Shown piece after piece: positions 38,394 through 52,560 of a stretch of DNA of 64,000 bases (position 1 is its first letter; every line of letters begins with the position of its first letter). The DNA is from Harriotta raleighana (Eukaryota), in the NCBI GenBank assembly GCA_050575255.1, contig JBNZDD010013683.1:4156991-4220990 (forward strand), written 5' to 3'. Below the pieces are notes generated by a model. The model was not told where the DNA came from. It did not search any database and worked only from the letters and a program-made list of their open reading frames with translations. Position numbers and translations under genes: made by a program.

Positions 38394-39410
38394 ATTTATC
38401 TAATGGATGAATGCTATTACTCNAACTCCCAAAACCACACTTTGCCTGGAATGCTATTACTCTGCGTGGTCTCATTTGAAATGAGCAGCTACAAACAGGT
38501 TTATNTGGATGAATGCTATTACTCTGCGTGGTCTCATTTGAAATGAGCAGCTACAAACAGGTTTATTATAAACTGCTTCTATTCACTTCTCTAGAGTTTG
38601 TTGGTTCCGGGGCGGGCGGAATTAAATCACTGCCATATTCACTTGAGAATATTCACTATTTTGTGCTTAGTTTCATTTAACATAATGGGATAGTTTGATG
38701 AATTATATATTTGTATCATTGATATTGTATTGCGATACAAGAAAAAGGCAGAACTGGTACCAGCAGAGGAGTTATTCCACTCCAATCATCGCGAGGGCTG
38801 CAAACCGTTTGCTGGGTTCCCAAACGCTCAGAATTCAGGAAATGATTTGGTGTATGAACATGTCAGAGCCTTCCTTCAAAAATCAAGCACATTACAGTAT
38901 CTTTATTGCGCGAGAAAACTATATTTGCAAAAATGGATTGAAGTAAGTGGGCTGGCACCCAGGGGATTTTGTGGTGTGTTCCATACTCGCTGAGCATGGC
39001 ATATAGACTACTCACAAGCGGTTCAAATATCTATAGCTGGCATAAGGAAGAGGGTCATTATGTAATACATGTAATACCATGTACGTTCTGTTGCTAATTA
39101 CATATACCACAAGTTTAGCGGGGCCTTTATGTGCTGAACACACACAGATACAGTTCCATAGGCCACAGCAAAATCAAACAAATACTCGAAACTGGACAGC
39201 TAATATAATGCAAATCCACAAGAATACTGTACAATTCTATTTTTTTTCTTTACAATTGACTGTAAAAATCCCTCTCTCCTAGCGACCACTATAACCAACT
39301 GCTTTTCACTTCATATTTTACAGTAATTGCTGTGTGTAAAAAAAAACTTACCTTCAAGAGTGGAGCTGAAAACGTAATTTTTTTCTGTAATGTTAGAATA
39401 TATAAAACAC

Positions 39411-39600
39411 AATAATTCTTGCATTCGATATAAATCACAATAATAAAAATTTGAATCATTTAAATCCACGACTGTTTGTGGGAGACTGCTGTGTGCAATT
39501 GGCTGCCACGTTTTGCCCTTTTAGCGACTTATCCACCTTTGAGATGTCTCAAAGCACTTCACAGTGATGCTGTGAAGCGAATTGACTGTATATTCGCCCA
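39411..39600. mobile_element. Rearranged SINE: minus-strand tail split by a plus-strand body segment
   Basis: 39411-39433 and 39521-39600 are minus-strand tail; 39434-39520 is plus-strand body. Confidence 0.7.
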
Positions 39601-41424
39601 TAATACGTATATTCAAGTTCTGCATATGTTTTGTAAACAGACTTTCTGTTCTCATAACCTAAATATCTAAATAACCATTTTCTGGAGGTAACACAGTCTT
39701 ATTTAAAATTAAACATATACTGTACTATACAATTCTCTAACGTGTGTGTGTGTGTACATATATATACCTAATTATAATAATATACATTCTATATGTATTA
39801 TACACATNACATATATATACCTAATTATAATATACATTCTATATGTATTATACACATACAGTTTCAATACACGCATNGTACATATATATACCTAATTATA
39901 ATAATATACATTCTATATGTATTATACACATACAGTTTCAATACACGCATGATTGAAAAAAAAACTGCCTTGAGCCGTTAACATTGTTTCTCAGAAAGTT
40001 CTGCAAATCATTTGGAGGCTGTCAATCTACTACAGATGTAGAAAAATGCATTGTACTGTAAGCACATAATTACATTGTCTCATGGTCCTGAGGGTAAAAA
40101 AAAATTAAATCACATAAACTGGTTAGAACTTAATTCCAGATAAGATTTGACGTTGCCATTTGAATTATAGCAGCTTTATTGAGGTTACAATGGACTTTCT
40201 TTCAAACCGGTTGTCATTTCATGGTAACTTAATTACACAGCAAATGACTATTATCAGTTAGTATTTCATTCTTTCAAGCAAGACCTGCAAGCGGTAGCCT
40301 TCATTACATTAAGACTAATTTCAAATTCTCCTAACCCAGCGAGTGACAAAGAAATTAGAAAAGCAAGCAGCAAACAAGCCATCGTAACAGCAAGTGGTTC
40401 CACTCTTAATTTGCTCGGTAACTTCAGCCTGGCACTATCACATGATACAGCAACAAATCTGGTGTCCTATTTATGTGGGTTGCTGTGCGTTAAGGAACTT
40501 TTTTGCGCCACGCGTGTATGCAGGGGTGTAGAATCAGATCCGCATTCTACTCTTGCAGTTGCTGTATTGAACAAATTATCGGCTCCGCAGCCAAGGCTGG
40601 AGATTGCAATCATTGCTGATATAAGTTTAGGCAGAACTGAACAATGCCGTTCAGTCTGCTGACAGGCAGATCAAGGGCAGCGATCAAAACCTGCCAGGCA
40701 AAATTCCCAACATGACAGACAAAATCTTGCGACATACTATAGATACGTTCTGTCACAGTTCCAGAAAATATCGAGCTTTTCAGTCAAACACTGCCAGCCA
40801 ATCAATACCCCCGATACCAGGTAGAATAGCTAGTTTCTCCATTGCTCCCTCAACACTTGCCATCCAGATGCAACTGCAATGACTTCCATCATTGTTATCG
40901 CCACTGCAGGAAGATCACAGAGGCTGTGCCTCGCACGGACCAATTGTGGAGCACAAGGTTAAAGCCGACAAATGCACAAAACAAGTCCTGAACACCTTGT
41001 GAATTGACACTTCAGGCCGTCGCTGATTAGAATTATTTAGGTAACAACAGATGCTGACCCCCTTCACACGAGTGGTGGACACCATTGGGAATAGATTGAA
41101 TCAGCCATATTTTATTTAGTACCAGCATTTGAAACGGAGGTGCAGGAAACAAAAGCTGAGGCTCCTGTGGGCTGCTGTGAGCAAGACTACCTGAGATTGC
41201 GTCACTGAAGGCACTTGTACTGATAGTGAGAAATACCTTCAGTTCACTGGCTGGCTCAAAGAGGTGGAGATTCATGAGAGCAGAATCACTTGCCAATCTC
41301 TTAAATCATATTGGTTCATGAGGGACAGCCATGCGCAGCAAATAAGAAAATGTATTTGTGAAAGTTACAGATAACTGAAAACTGTACACTATGGATTAAA
41401 GTACTGAGCCCACAGGCAATGTAA

Positions 41425-41522
41425 GATACAGTTGATTCACTTTGCAGTATATCCTATAAACTGCTTTGATATGTCTCAGAGTTGTGATAAGGCGCTTTAT
41501 CAAATGTAAGGATTATTATTAG
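41425..41522 (+). mobile_element. SINE 3' tail fragment
   Basis: ATTCACTTTGCAGTATATCC...GATAAGGCGCTTTATCAAATGTAAGGATTATTATT. Confidence 0.8.
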
Positions 41523-44500
41523 TGTTAATAAAAAACAAAATTGACAAATGCTGCTTTACAAATGAGAGTGGACAGAGAACATGTTCAAACCCCAGAGAAA
41601 CAAAGGATTAGGTCTAGAATTCACATGCTTTAATTAAGATGTGATTTATAAGGGCAGGTAAGGTTAAAATATTCATTTCTACTCCCATGAAATTCCAATT
41701 TTAAATTTGATTAAATTAATCACAAAATCTATAAATGACACTGCTCGCTTTGAGAGAAATAAAACCAACAGCGTTACACAAGTAAATATCATCCTCATGT
41801 TCAGTAATAAAAAATTTCCTTCAAACACAAGGAAATATGCTATTGTAATTAATTTCAACACAAAGATTGTCATGGTTTAGCTGCTGATATGTTATCAATT
41901 CTTTATTGCTAACCCATCCCCCCATCTCTCGTCCCCCTTTGACCACCATTATCATATAACACAACTCCAGGGAGCAAGTAATAACAGCTGTCACGATTGG
42001 TTTCTATGGCAATACCACTGTTAACTACACGCACTCCTGTGACAATACTGTAGTCATCTACGATTCTGACGAAACATCTCTAGCTCGTGCACAAATACAG
42101 CATCCAAAATGCATTTCAGAAATATTTATTTTCAATGCATTTTATTCAACATTTATATCTACCTCACTTATCTACAGTTCAATAGAAGTAAAAAAAAAGT
42201 AAACAGTTTAAGAACTTTAATTAGTGTACATATGCTGGGCTAGCATGCCCCGAACTGCACTGAAAGTGCTTTTCAAAGGTGGCCACATCAGTAAGTCATA
42301 TAACTTATGATCTTATGATCAAATGTCTACAGATACAAAGTAGTGTTTGTATTTTGTTCACAGCAGCTCTATATCATCTGAAAGCCATCACTGAACAATT
42401 AATAATTATCCCCAATTCCATTACCGTTGCCACCTCTGCTTATGGAACCCTTACATTTTATGTACATTTACTTATCTACATTTTTATTTTATACACAGCA
42501 GCCACACATTTTTCATTGATGTCTGTCCAATGCATCCAAGGCTAGGGTCAAGCAGACAAAATTCCTCCCCCTTTCCAACTAAAATCTTCCATTTTAAAGC
42601 CTGTGAAATGCATGCATGGAGAGCAAGAACAAAACAGAAAGAGACACAGGGGATATGAATGGCCTTGTGAAACAGCATTGTGCGTGTCGGGGAAAAGAGA
42701 GAAAGGGAGACTTCTCTCTCATCTGGGACTGTGAAATCGTCAATGATATTGCATGCTAATTATTCGCAGGATGGTTGCTTTCAGCATGATACAGAGGATT
42801 GCTTGAGGGTATGGAAAACAATTGATTTTCTATTCAAAATAATCCTTCCCACCCACCACCCCCACCCCATTCACAATGGCAGAGAAACACACAGGCAAGT
42901 TTTAGGGGTGGGTTATCTTTTTGGAATTCTATTTTCAATGGAAATAATTTCCCCCCAAACTAATGAGAGCCCATACAGGATAGAACTTTTATTCAAAAGT
43001 AAACACATTTTGAATCAATAAGATTTATTATAAATAATCATTGCTTTTGGTGTAGTAAGAACCTTTCCTTCCCAACCCCCACCCAATCGCTTGATAGGGA
43101 GACACTGAGCCTTATACACTGCTATCAACACCGCCCTAGCTGACACCAGGGATTGTACCTGGGATCTTGGTGGGTGAATGGCACAGGAACGTCACAAAGA
43201 GGCAGCTTCAGCATTTTATGATAGCAAAAATTCCTTCAATCTACAAAATACTTCAAAATATTGAGTAGTTCAGCATAAATGGAATATCATGAGTGAATTT
43301 TCACCAGCTCCAAATTCCACCAGCTCTAAATGGAGATTTTTTTTTCCCCCAATTCAGTTTCATGTGAACACAGTTTATGAAAATAGTGACCGTAATTATT
43401 GCAGGATGCAGTGATCCCCACGGAGCAGTCAATGCAAATTGCTCCTTTTTGTATTCAAGATCACATTTTCCAAATTTAATTTCAGCTGAATGCTAGGGAT
43501 CATTTAATTAAAGCAGAATTTTAGTCCATTCATCAAATGGAATTTAAGCCATTTTTGAATAAAATGTGCATCATATTAAAATACTGAAGACAGTGTCACA
43601 TCAAGACTTTTATATATTTCATTTATTGCGAAGATTAGCTGCTATTGTGAGTTTTTATTTTTTGTCACTTTATAAACAGAATTGGGGAATTTGAATGTTA
43701 ATTTGAATTTTCAGGGGAATATTGTGAGATTAAAAGCTGAAATTTGTTTACATCTAATATCTAATCTTAGCGTTAGACCCTCCCAGTTAAAGTTCTCTCT
43801 ACACTCACACAACGCCATAGGATATGGCCTTGGAGCTTTGGATTCTAAAGAATTAGCTGTGGACAAACTTCTCTTGCTGATTCACTTCAGCTGTCGCTGC
43901 CAACTCATGTTGTACCAGTTTGAAGGAAAGCAGGTAACATTGGTCAAAATAATTCCCCCCCAAAACTGTGTCTGTGTATTGCCAAATAACGTCAACAGCA
44001 TGAAAACCACAACAGATGCTCCTGCACCTTCTCAATTGTAATAACTTGCAAAGTGGTCACCCATTTGGCTTTGGAATTCGGCTAAATCAGTGAACACAAT
44101 GCTCCGAATCTCACGATTGACCAAAAGAGTAACTCTCTTAAAACTCAGGACAAGTCTGGTTTACGGGCTCTATTTGAGCAGCTGCAGAACTTCAAAAGAT
44201 CATACTAATATGGGAAGAAAATGCCACTGTGCCTGATCATTTATGAAATTGAGCAAGAGAACATTAACAAATTTTATAGTGGCTGCTAAAGCCAACGATT
44301 TGCTAAACCATCATGGAACGCAACTGATGCCAGTTATTTACCACATTGTTCCACTTTATATCAGTCATCAATTTTTACTAGTTTTTGTTTACTCGACAAT
44401 GTGGCTGTATTTAATGAGGCTGCAGTCTCATTTGCGGACTGTGAAGTGGCAGTAGGATTCAATAAAACAGTTATACTGTACAAGATTTTTTTTAAAAAGA

Positions 44501-44664
44501 AACACGCAGCAAAGCTCAATTACTGTACTTTCTTTTTAATGAACACTTAACCAATCAACATGAATCATTAGACAAGTGAAATCTTTGGAAATTAAACTAC
44601 TATAATCTCATGCTGAACAGCCCTGTGGGAGCAGGCCATGTGTCTTTTATCACTTTGATTAGCG

Positions 44665-44740
44665 GTAACAACAACAACTTCAACAACAACTTCGATTTAT
44701 ATAGCTCCCTCCACGCCGGATGGCGTCTCAGAGCGCTTTT
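44665..44740 (-). mobile_element. L2-type 3' tail fragment (second tail variant)
   Basis: (CAA)n CTTCGATTTATATAGCTCC...CCGGATGGCGTCTCAGAGCGCTT; similar to 29850-29900. Confidence 0.6.
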
Positions 44741-45414
44741 TTGTTTCCGCCAGACTGCTGAGCAGTCAACATCTCAAGATTTATCTCACTACGTTAGGAG
44801 TGGGAGGTGTGAAGTCGATTTTAGGGGCAGGCTAATGTGAGGTTACAGTATTCTATGATAAAATGCAATATTAGTACAATTTGTAATAATATTACGGTAT
44901 CGTCATTCATATTCTTTATATTATTGTGTTATTATTTTGAACAGAGCTACAAAAATTATAATTTTTGTTCAGTTATACGAGGGGGTTGGAAAGAACTATT
45001 GCACAAGTTTACTTGTACTGTAAATGTCATGTCCAACAGTACTTAGACCATTGTCTTAAGTGTTTCACAGATGATTTTGCTGTTCTTTCCTCCTATCATT
45101 TACAACCACTTCTCATTACCTGGTGTGTCTCACAATAACAAGAGCAGCTGTCATTATAATGTAGAAAGAGGGTCGGAGGGCATTAATAACCATATGTTAT
45201 TGACAGCGAGCCTCAGTACCCAACACAGCCGTGTAAAAATGTAATGCCAGGTTCTTAAACTCTTGAAAATAATCATGCGCACTGGAATTGCTCTCAACCA
45301 GCAGCAAAACCAAACACCACCAATGGATGGGAGGCATACGTCTGGCTGGAAAAAGGAGTTATTATTGTCTGCAAGAGAGAAAAGTGAATGAGCAGAGCCA
45401 GGCAATTGGAGCAA

Positions 45415-45436
45415 CTCTCTCTCTCTCTCTCTCTCT
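45415..45436. repeat. (CT)n microsatellite
   Basis: Directly visible. Confidence 0.95.
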
Positions 45437-46149
45437 TTTATTCATTGTGTTTTGACTCTGCACGTTACAGTGCTGCAAAATCAGTCCACGAGCATTCTGC
45501 TTGTATCTGTCAGAGCTGCAGCTGCATTACACAGCAATTAACACACGCGCAGAGATCCTTTGGGGATTGGGTTGAATGAAAATATGCAAAAAAAATTACC
45601 ACCATATGCAGCTACAACTCATTTATAAATATTTCCACTTTCAGCGATGCCCCGGTACTGTAGAGAGTCTGTCCACCCAAGATAAAAGGTGGGAGCGTGA
45701 ATCACAAAATAAAACTCAACACAAAACTCAAGCCTTCAGCCCGCGGAATCATGAACTAACAATGGTAGCCAACCAGCCACACGTGATACATGTAATGACC
45801 ACCCTGAATTCAAAGTGTTAAACGTAGCCAGTATCTCTCATTGAAGGATATTTTAACGAGCTGGCATGAACTAGCAAATCTCCATTTAAAGTGGTGTGCG
45901 CCAGAGGAGAGAGAGATTGCAGCTGGAGTGAGGTTGAGTTCAGGGCAGGTCAAAACACAATGGAGGTCCAGAACTTAACAGTATCACTTCGGAAGGACAA
46001 GTGAAAACCAAGTGAAAATAGCCCAACAAAGCTGACAGTTCAATTTCAGAGAACTGCAAGAGGCGTGCATTCAAGCCTAAATAAGGCTCAAATACTGTTC
46101 GACCCCCAGAAAGGTCTTGGTTATTTCCCAATCAAGTATTGAGGTGTAT

Positions 46150-46250
46150 TACCGAATTCACTTCACAGTATATCCTGTGAAGCACTCAGGAGATGTCTCA
46201 AACACGTGGTGAGTCTCGATACGAAATGCAAGGATTATTACTTATTATAA
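46150..46250 (+). mobile_element. SINE 3' tail fragment
   Basis: AATTCACTTCACAGTATATCCTGTGAAGCAC...AAATGCAAGGATTATTA. Confidence 0.75.
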
Positions 46251-47000
46251 TATTAGACATACCACGTTATACTGCATATTTGCCATTTGGCATATTCAAT
46301 ACAAAATTCTATCAAACGAACATAAAAGTAAGTCTGACTGGAAACAATGCCTGTGCTAAATATTGTGACCATGGTGAGGTCGTTTTGTTTTTTAAAAAAA
46401 TCGGAAAATTGTTATACTAACTGCCACAAAACCAAAAAAATTACAGCTTTCATTGTGCTTGTTCATATATTATATGTATGTACGTCTGTCTCTGTTGCAA
46501 AAAAAAAACTATTGGCTGAAATGCAACATTACTTCAGACAAACATTGGAAGCATCTCTTTTTCCCTAACTTTTTGGACAGAATCCTACGTCTCTGAGACT
46601 GCGCACTAATTAATTGTGATTCATGGCAGAATTATTTACCATGCTTCCAACAAAAAGAAAATCCTCAAAAGAATTCAAGGGAAAACTTTAACCAGTTAAA
46701 AACCCATTCCTGCTGCATTCAGATCACCAGCATTTGATTCCTCTGTTATTGAAACTGACGTTGTAGATACCGCTCGCTCTGTTCAAAGCCTTTTCAATTG
46801 CTGCCTTTCATTTGCTGGTTAATTTTATCTTCCGGCAGATCAATGCACTGCATCTGTGACCTGCAATGTGCACCTCGGAAAGCCTCAGCCAGAACAAAAA
46901 GGGCAGCTGAATATTTTCTTTCTATTTTTATTTGAAAAATTCTTGTAGAAATACTCTATTGGAGATAAATCATTCCCTGGTCATTGTTGTCAACCGGATA

Positions 47001-47138
47001 ATAACAATAATCATAATCATAATAATCCTTGCATTTGATATAGCACTTTTCACATCTTATCGACGTCTCAAAGCGCTTCACAAAATATACTGTAAAGTGA
47101 ATTGACTGCATATTTGTGGGTGAAACGCAGCAGCCAAT
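47001..47138 (-). mobile_element. SINE 3' half
   Basis: Reverse complement of the 3' half of the full-length copies. Confidence 0.9.
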
Positions 47139-48959
47139 GCAGCAGATGTAAGTGTTGTTCTCATTTCAAACATTTTTTTTCTCCAAAATAATCTCTAATG
47201 GGGTGAAAGGACTGAAAATATTAAAGTTATTTCCCACTCAATATGGACCAGCACCTGAAAATATTGGGGGAGCTAGCAAAAATGTAAGTTTACACCTAAT
47301 ATTCAAAACGTATTGGTTGTTAGTTATGTATCCAGACAACAGTGCTATAAGAGCTTGACCAATGCAAAGGCATGTATCTCACACATATGTAACTGACCTG
47401 CTGGTCACAAAGATCACAGGAAATATGGATAAACTACTCTGCAGTGCCAGTGGACTAGTCAAATACGCCAAAGCTCAAAGACCTTTAGTCAATCTCCAAC
47501 CTCCACTGACACCTCCCCACGACAAATGTGGCTGAGATCAAGAAAGAAAAAAAGTATTGAGTAGATTGAATCTAGATTCCAACATCGCTGTGACACCGCA
47601 TGTTGATGTCACTGCATTTCCCTGTCACACACTACCTACCACCACAGGCATTTTAAAACATTCAAAAGACAGACTTTTTTAATTGACAGAAATGCTACTC
47701 AGTCGTCAATCCCCAGCAGAGAGATTTCATCTACTGTATTAGGGTTTAGACGCTGCAGTATCAATAAAGGAAAAAGGACATCCTCAGTTCATTATTTTTT
47801 TTAATAAGTCTGTGGGGTTGCTCAGACAAAGTATACTGCCTGAATCAGTGCTGGCTGTCATTTATCAGTGATTATCGTAGAGAATGTGTATATCAGCCGA
47901 TGCCAATCTTCTGTTATCACTGGCAATACCATTAAGGCTGTTGAATGTAGGTGACACATTGGTAAATACTGTAAAGTGTATCCTCATTATATGAGAAAGG
48001 GACAGAAGCCATTGAAAATACATTTTTTGAAAAATCACATTGTGCTGTGATGCTCCCTATCCAAGATTTATCAGAAATAATGACATATAATTACTTGCTT
48101 GTCCAATACAATATCTATGAAGTACTGTTTTTAGGTATGTTACAATTTGCCTAAATGATTATTGCTTCAGGCTACGTATGTATCACTGCCACTGGACCAC
48201 ACAAAATACACACCTATAACTATTCCCGAAGGAGCTTAACCAATGTAAATCATCTTAAATAGGTCATTCTCATATTGCAGTTTAGGACAAGGTTTGAAAC
48301 ACATATTTTGTCGGCAGGTTTTTGCAGTTTATCACTTAATTTGTCATTTGATGTGACAGGTATTTGTACATTAAAGCACACAGAACATACCTGTTCCAAC
48401 GAGGACTCCTCAACCAAAACGTTAATATCTCAAACTAAAATTCAGGTCAATTTGACTTGCTGTGATTTCCAGCATTTTCTGTTTTTTATTAAAATAGCAT
48501 ACATTCTTAGGTCCCTCTTATTAATTTCATTCACTCAGCCAACTGCCAAATCACTGCTCACATCAAACATTATCTTGAGTAGGCAATGTTTGTGTAATTT
48601 TCTTTCCATATTCAGCTCACCCATGTACAGCTAAATCTAAGTGCTACTATTCAAAACATTGTTAGGATGCGCCATAAAAGCCAATCATCATCAGGAAATT
48701 GCAGCCACACAAAATTAGCTGTTGTTTCCAGTACATCATTCATTTCAGACACTGGAGTTGACCAATATTTTCCATCTTGACACGACTGAAAACTGTAATT
48801 AGAGACGCTGATGCAATGGATAAAGATTACATTACATTATTCTTCATTAAACAGTCGCTTGGACTGCTAATCTCAATCATGGTATTACGAAGCAAATATA
48901 CAGAACACTAATATCAATTCTAAGGTTATTAGTTCACTCAGACTATTAATTCTAGAACT

Positions 48960-49050
48960 ATATCAATTCACTTTACAGTATATTCTGCAATGTGCATTTG
49001 AGACATCTCAAATACTGATAAGGCGCTGTATCAAATGCAAGTATTTTTTA
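48960..49050 (+). mobile_element. SINE 3' tail fragment
   Basis: TCAATTCACTTTACAGTATATTCTG...GATAAGGCGCTGTATCAAATGCAAG. Confidence 0.8.
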
Positions 49051-50959
49051 TAAAATCAATTTAACTGTAGGAATAAACTAAGGCAATGACAAAGTGCTGA
49101 TGTTAAATACTATAATTAAGATAGTCCACAAATTTACCTCAGATGTAACTAAACAATAAATTAATGAATAGTTCACATTAGTCAATCACAACTTAACATG
49201 TACATGTCATGGAATAGATAAATTATTTACCTTTCCACCTCATGAATGAAAGAAACCACATGATGACCACTGATTCATCAGTGAAAGGATTAGATCTGGT
49301 TTGTACTTTGTATTAAGTGGACCAGAGATATTTTTGCACCTTTCACAATTAAAACAGCTCCGAAAATACAGTAATTGTTCGTCAGTGAGTGGAGGAGTAG
49401 GGGAAATAAAGTTTTTAAACAGTTTAAGAAAGCCTGATATTAAAACTCTGACTGAGGCAATGNAGGAAATGAAAGGGATTTTAAACAGTTTAAGAAAGCC
49501 TGATATTAAAACTCTGACTGAGGCAATGACAATTTGGGAAATAGACAGAATCCCACAGGTCAAAAGATGCCGGTGAATTGGGACAAAGACGGTCATTTAC
49601 AGTATATCGTTCAGCAGGAATCAATACTAAGTAACAAGGTGAAAGTTTCCTGAAGGCATTCTCCTGTATAAAACATGTAAATGATGAGGGAATTCTGTGG
49701 AAATCAATTAGGTCTGTTGTCAGAGCAGAGAAGTGTGGAGTGATGGATCAATGCAGTGCTACGAAGGGAGAAGACGCAACACCCAATTCCACAGCAGCCT
49801 TGTTGTCAGCCACCACTCAACAGGTAAAGACTATGCAGGGACTGGGAAATGTTCCGATATAAAATCAATTCTATACATTAAAAGTATTACGGTACGCAGC
49901 TGTATGGGGGTGGGGGTAAGTATCAGCAGGAACAGCTTGCACTCAACTGCAGTTTCTCAGACTAGAATATTTGGCATATAACCTACACACAAATAATAAA
50001 ATTGCCTTGCATTCTCCACATAACTAGACATCTTGCCTGCGAGTGGCAATCTCACCATCTCTTTCAGAAAATAAAATGGAAAGAATTCTAATCTTCCAGA
50101 ATGTTTGGCACCAAATGTCAACAGTAAAATATCAGGGTGAATTATAATTGCTTTCCAAGACTGTGGTATTGGTTCTTCTGTGTTACTTGGCATTTACAGT
50201 AAATAGTGGAGCTAGTTGAGAGGAGTTACGTTACTTGTGGGAAATAGGTTCAGGACACAATAATACTTCAGCAGGAAAACAAAGGACACTGAACAATATT
50301 GTCTAACCTGTTAATGCAACTACCTCCGTTCACCAAACACCCTCTGTTAAACATCCGAACAAACTTTCCACATAAACCTTTAGTCAGAGGCCATCTGTCT
50401 ACAAAGGCTACTTTGGCCACAATCCCGACAGGTTGTTGAAGTCAGGTTTGACTGTGTGTAAAAGGCAAAGTTATCCCGAGATCGTTTGAAATATCCTGCC
50501 AGCAGTTATGGACCGCAGTGTTAATCTAACTAAACAGCAAACTTTGTAAACTGCACCAATAGCAAAAAGCAACAGCTAGAAGGAAAAAAACAGCAGTCTT
50601 CACCCAATATTGTCAGCTTCAAAATGGCAAGCTGGGAGATTGATTGCCTTTAGCAGCAGTGAAATACAACAGTTTGTTTGCTCGACTGTAAAAGTCCCCA
50701 GCTTCACCTTCAGCAGCGATCTAAGTTAATCCATCTTGGGGGGGGGGGGTGGTTTCTGCCCCAATAAGTTCAACCTTGGACCAAGTTTGAAACACCTAAT
50801 CAGAAAATGATACATTTCCAGCTCCAGTAGAGCGCTGAAGGCCAAAATCATGGAAAGTCAGCTAAGGCAATTTTTTTTTTGTGTATTTGAACATATTCAG
50901 AGCTGAAGGTACGACTGGCCGGTATATCCAACGCTATTGCATTTATTATCAGGGCAGGG

Positions 50960-51354
50960 CAACAAAATTATATTTGTATAGTGTCTTTCACGTCGGGAGG
51001 ATGTCCCAAGTTGCTGGAAAGTCAGTGCTTCAAGACTTGAAGGTCTTGAGGGGGTGAAGGGGAAGGAAGAGGGTGAGGCAGAAGGACTGCACGATGGAAT
51101 TCAAGAGGTTGGGAGTGAAGTGGCTGAAGGCTCGCTCGTCAATGGTGAGGCGGATGGGTCGACGGACATGGAGCAGGCCAGAGACTGCTGAGCGGAGGGG
51201 GCAATGCAGGTTGGTAGAGAGATTAGGAGGTCACAGAGGTAGGGTGAGGTGAGACCATGGAGGGCTTTAAAGATGAGGACCAGGATCTTGAATTGAATCC
51301 TCTGGATGTGGGGGAGAAAAGACAGTTGAGGATCAAACAAGACACCGCGGTTCC
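50960..51354 (-). mobile_element. 5'-truncated, internally deleted L2 LINE
   Basis: Translates to NRGVLFDPQLSFLPHI/QRIQFKILVLIFKALHGLTSPYLCDLL; L2 tail at 50960-51020. Confidence 0.9.
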
Positions 51355-51989
51355 TTTCTTTTAAAGTGATTGATTACAAATATATTAGTGGTGGTGACAT
51401 GTATGCTATCCGTTCTTTTAATGGTGGTACAATAAATAAAATGGTATTGAACTGAGATATATCAAATTGAAATCCATCTCTAGGTCATTTTCGTCACTTA
51501 GAAAATGTAAGCTCCACATTAGGATTTTCTGCAGCAACCTTTATAACGCATGTGTCAGCAGCTCGGAAAATGCTTCAGCTTAATGAGAAAAAGTACTATT
51601 TACCAATGAATTGTACAAAACAGCATGACAGGAAAGAAAATGCATTATAATATTGTTCAGCTGCATTGATGGTAGCAGCAGCAATCTGTTCATGGCACAT
51701 GGTCTGGATTCTTTATGATTTATATCCGTGTCAAGTCAAAACACTTCTCACAACTAACTCCAGTGGATTAAAGGGCATTGCATTGACTCATTCTAGTTAT
51801 TGATGACCTATAAACATGATTTGCCGAGACTGATCGAGGAAGTTGTTAGTTCTGAATTTGCAGTCCACTCAGAATGTTTTTTTTATTAAAGATTTCATAG
51901 TCAGGGAGAAAAGCTACATATATCCTTACCTGAGCTAAATTCACTTTGATTCCATTCATATCTGAACCCAATCAAATACCTGTCAACTA

Positions 51990-52062
51990 ATTGGATCCCA
52001 ACATCAGTCAGTGTTCGTTGACTGAAAGGCGCTATACAAGTGTAATTTTGTTGTTGTTGTTC
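51990..52062 (+). mobile_element. L2 3' tail fragment
   Basis: TGAAAGGCGCTATACAAGTGTAATTTTG(TTG)n, matching the tail at 12658-12700. Confidence 0.75.
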
Positions 52063-52304
52063 AGAGCGAAGGCTACAGAGCAAGCAGGAGGCAGAACCCG
52101 TGCAGTGTGTGACACATCATTTGTCTGCTGCAGTCAGAGACTGTATGTTACAAATACAGTCACTGCACTTCGCAGTAAAATCCTGTGAAGCACTTTGAGC
52201 CACCTCAATGACATGATGAGGGACCGTGATTACCATAACTATAGAACAGCATAGATGCCAGCACACACACGAATATATTTCAAGAGTTGGTTTGTAAAGG
52301 GCTA

Positions 52305-52560
52305 ATAATAATGACTCCTAACCCAAAGGGTTTCAGTGGATTTTTACTGTGAAGTGTAGTGACTGTATGTGTAAGCCAAGGCAGCAGCCAATTTGTGCAC
52401 TGCAACGCCCTGCAAACAGCCATACAACAAGTGACCAATTCTATTTGGGGTCTCCCCCAAGACTGTAGTGGAGTGTTCTGCCGAGAGCGAATTCAAAGTC
52501 CTGACGTGAGCGTTCTACCTCAGAGGCGAGAGTTCCTACTGACTGAGCCAGGCTGACACC
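52305..52560 (-). mobile_element. Old, internally deleted DeuSINE with tRNA head
   Basis: Minus strand starts GGTGTCAGCCTGGCTCAGTCAGTAGGAACTCTCGCCTCTGAGG (as at 38393); Deu 3' part CAGCAGCCAATTTGTGCAC on +. Confidence 0.7.

Noticed and set aside
38730-38993. 87-aa ORF containing a GTAAGT donor
   Set aside because: No upstream acceptor or ATG start (the ORF opens at TTG); no homology recognised.
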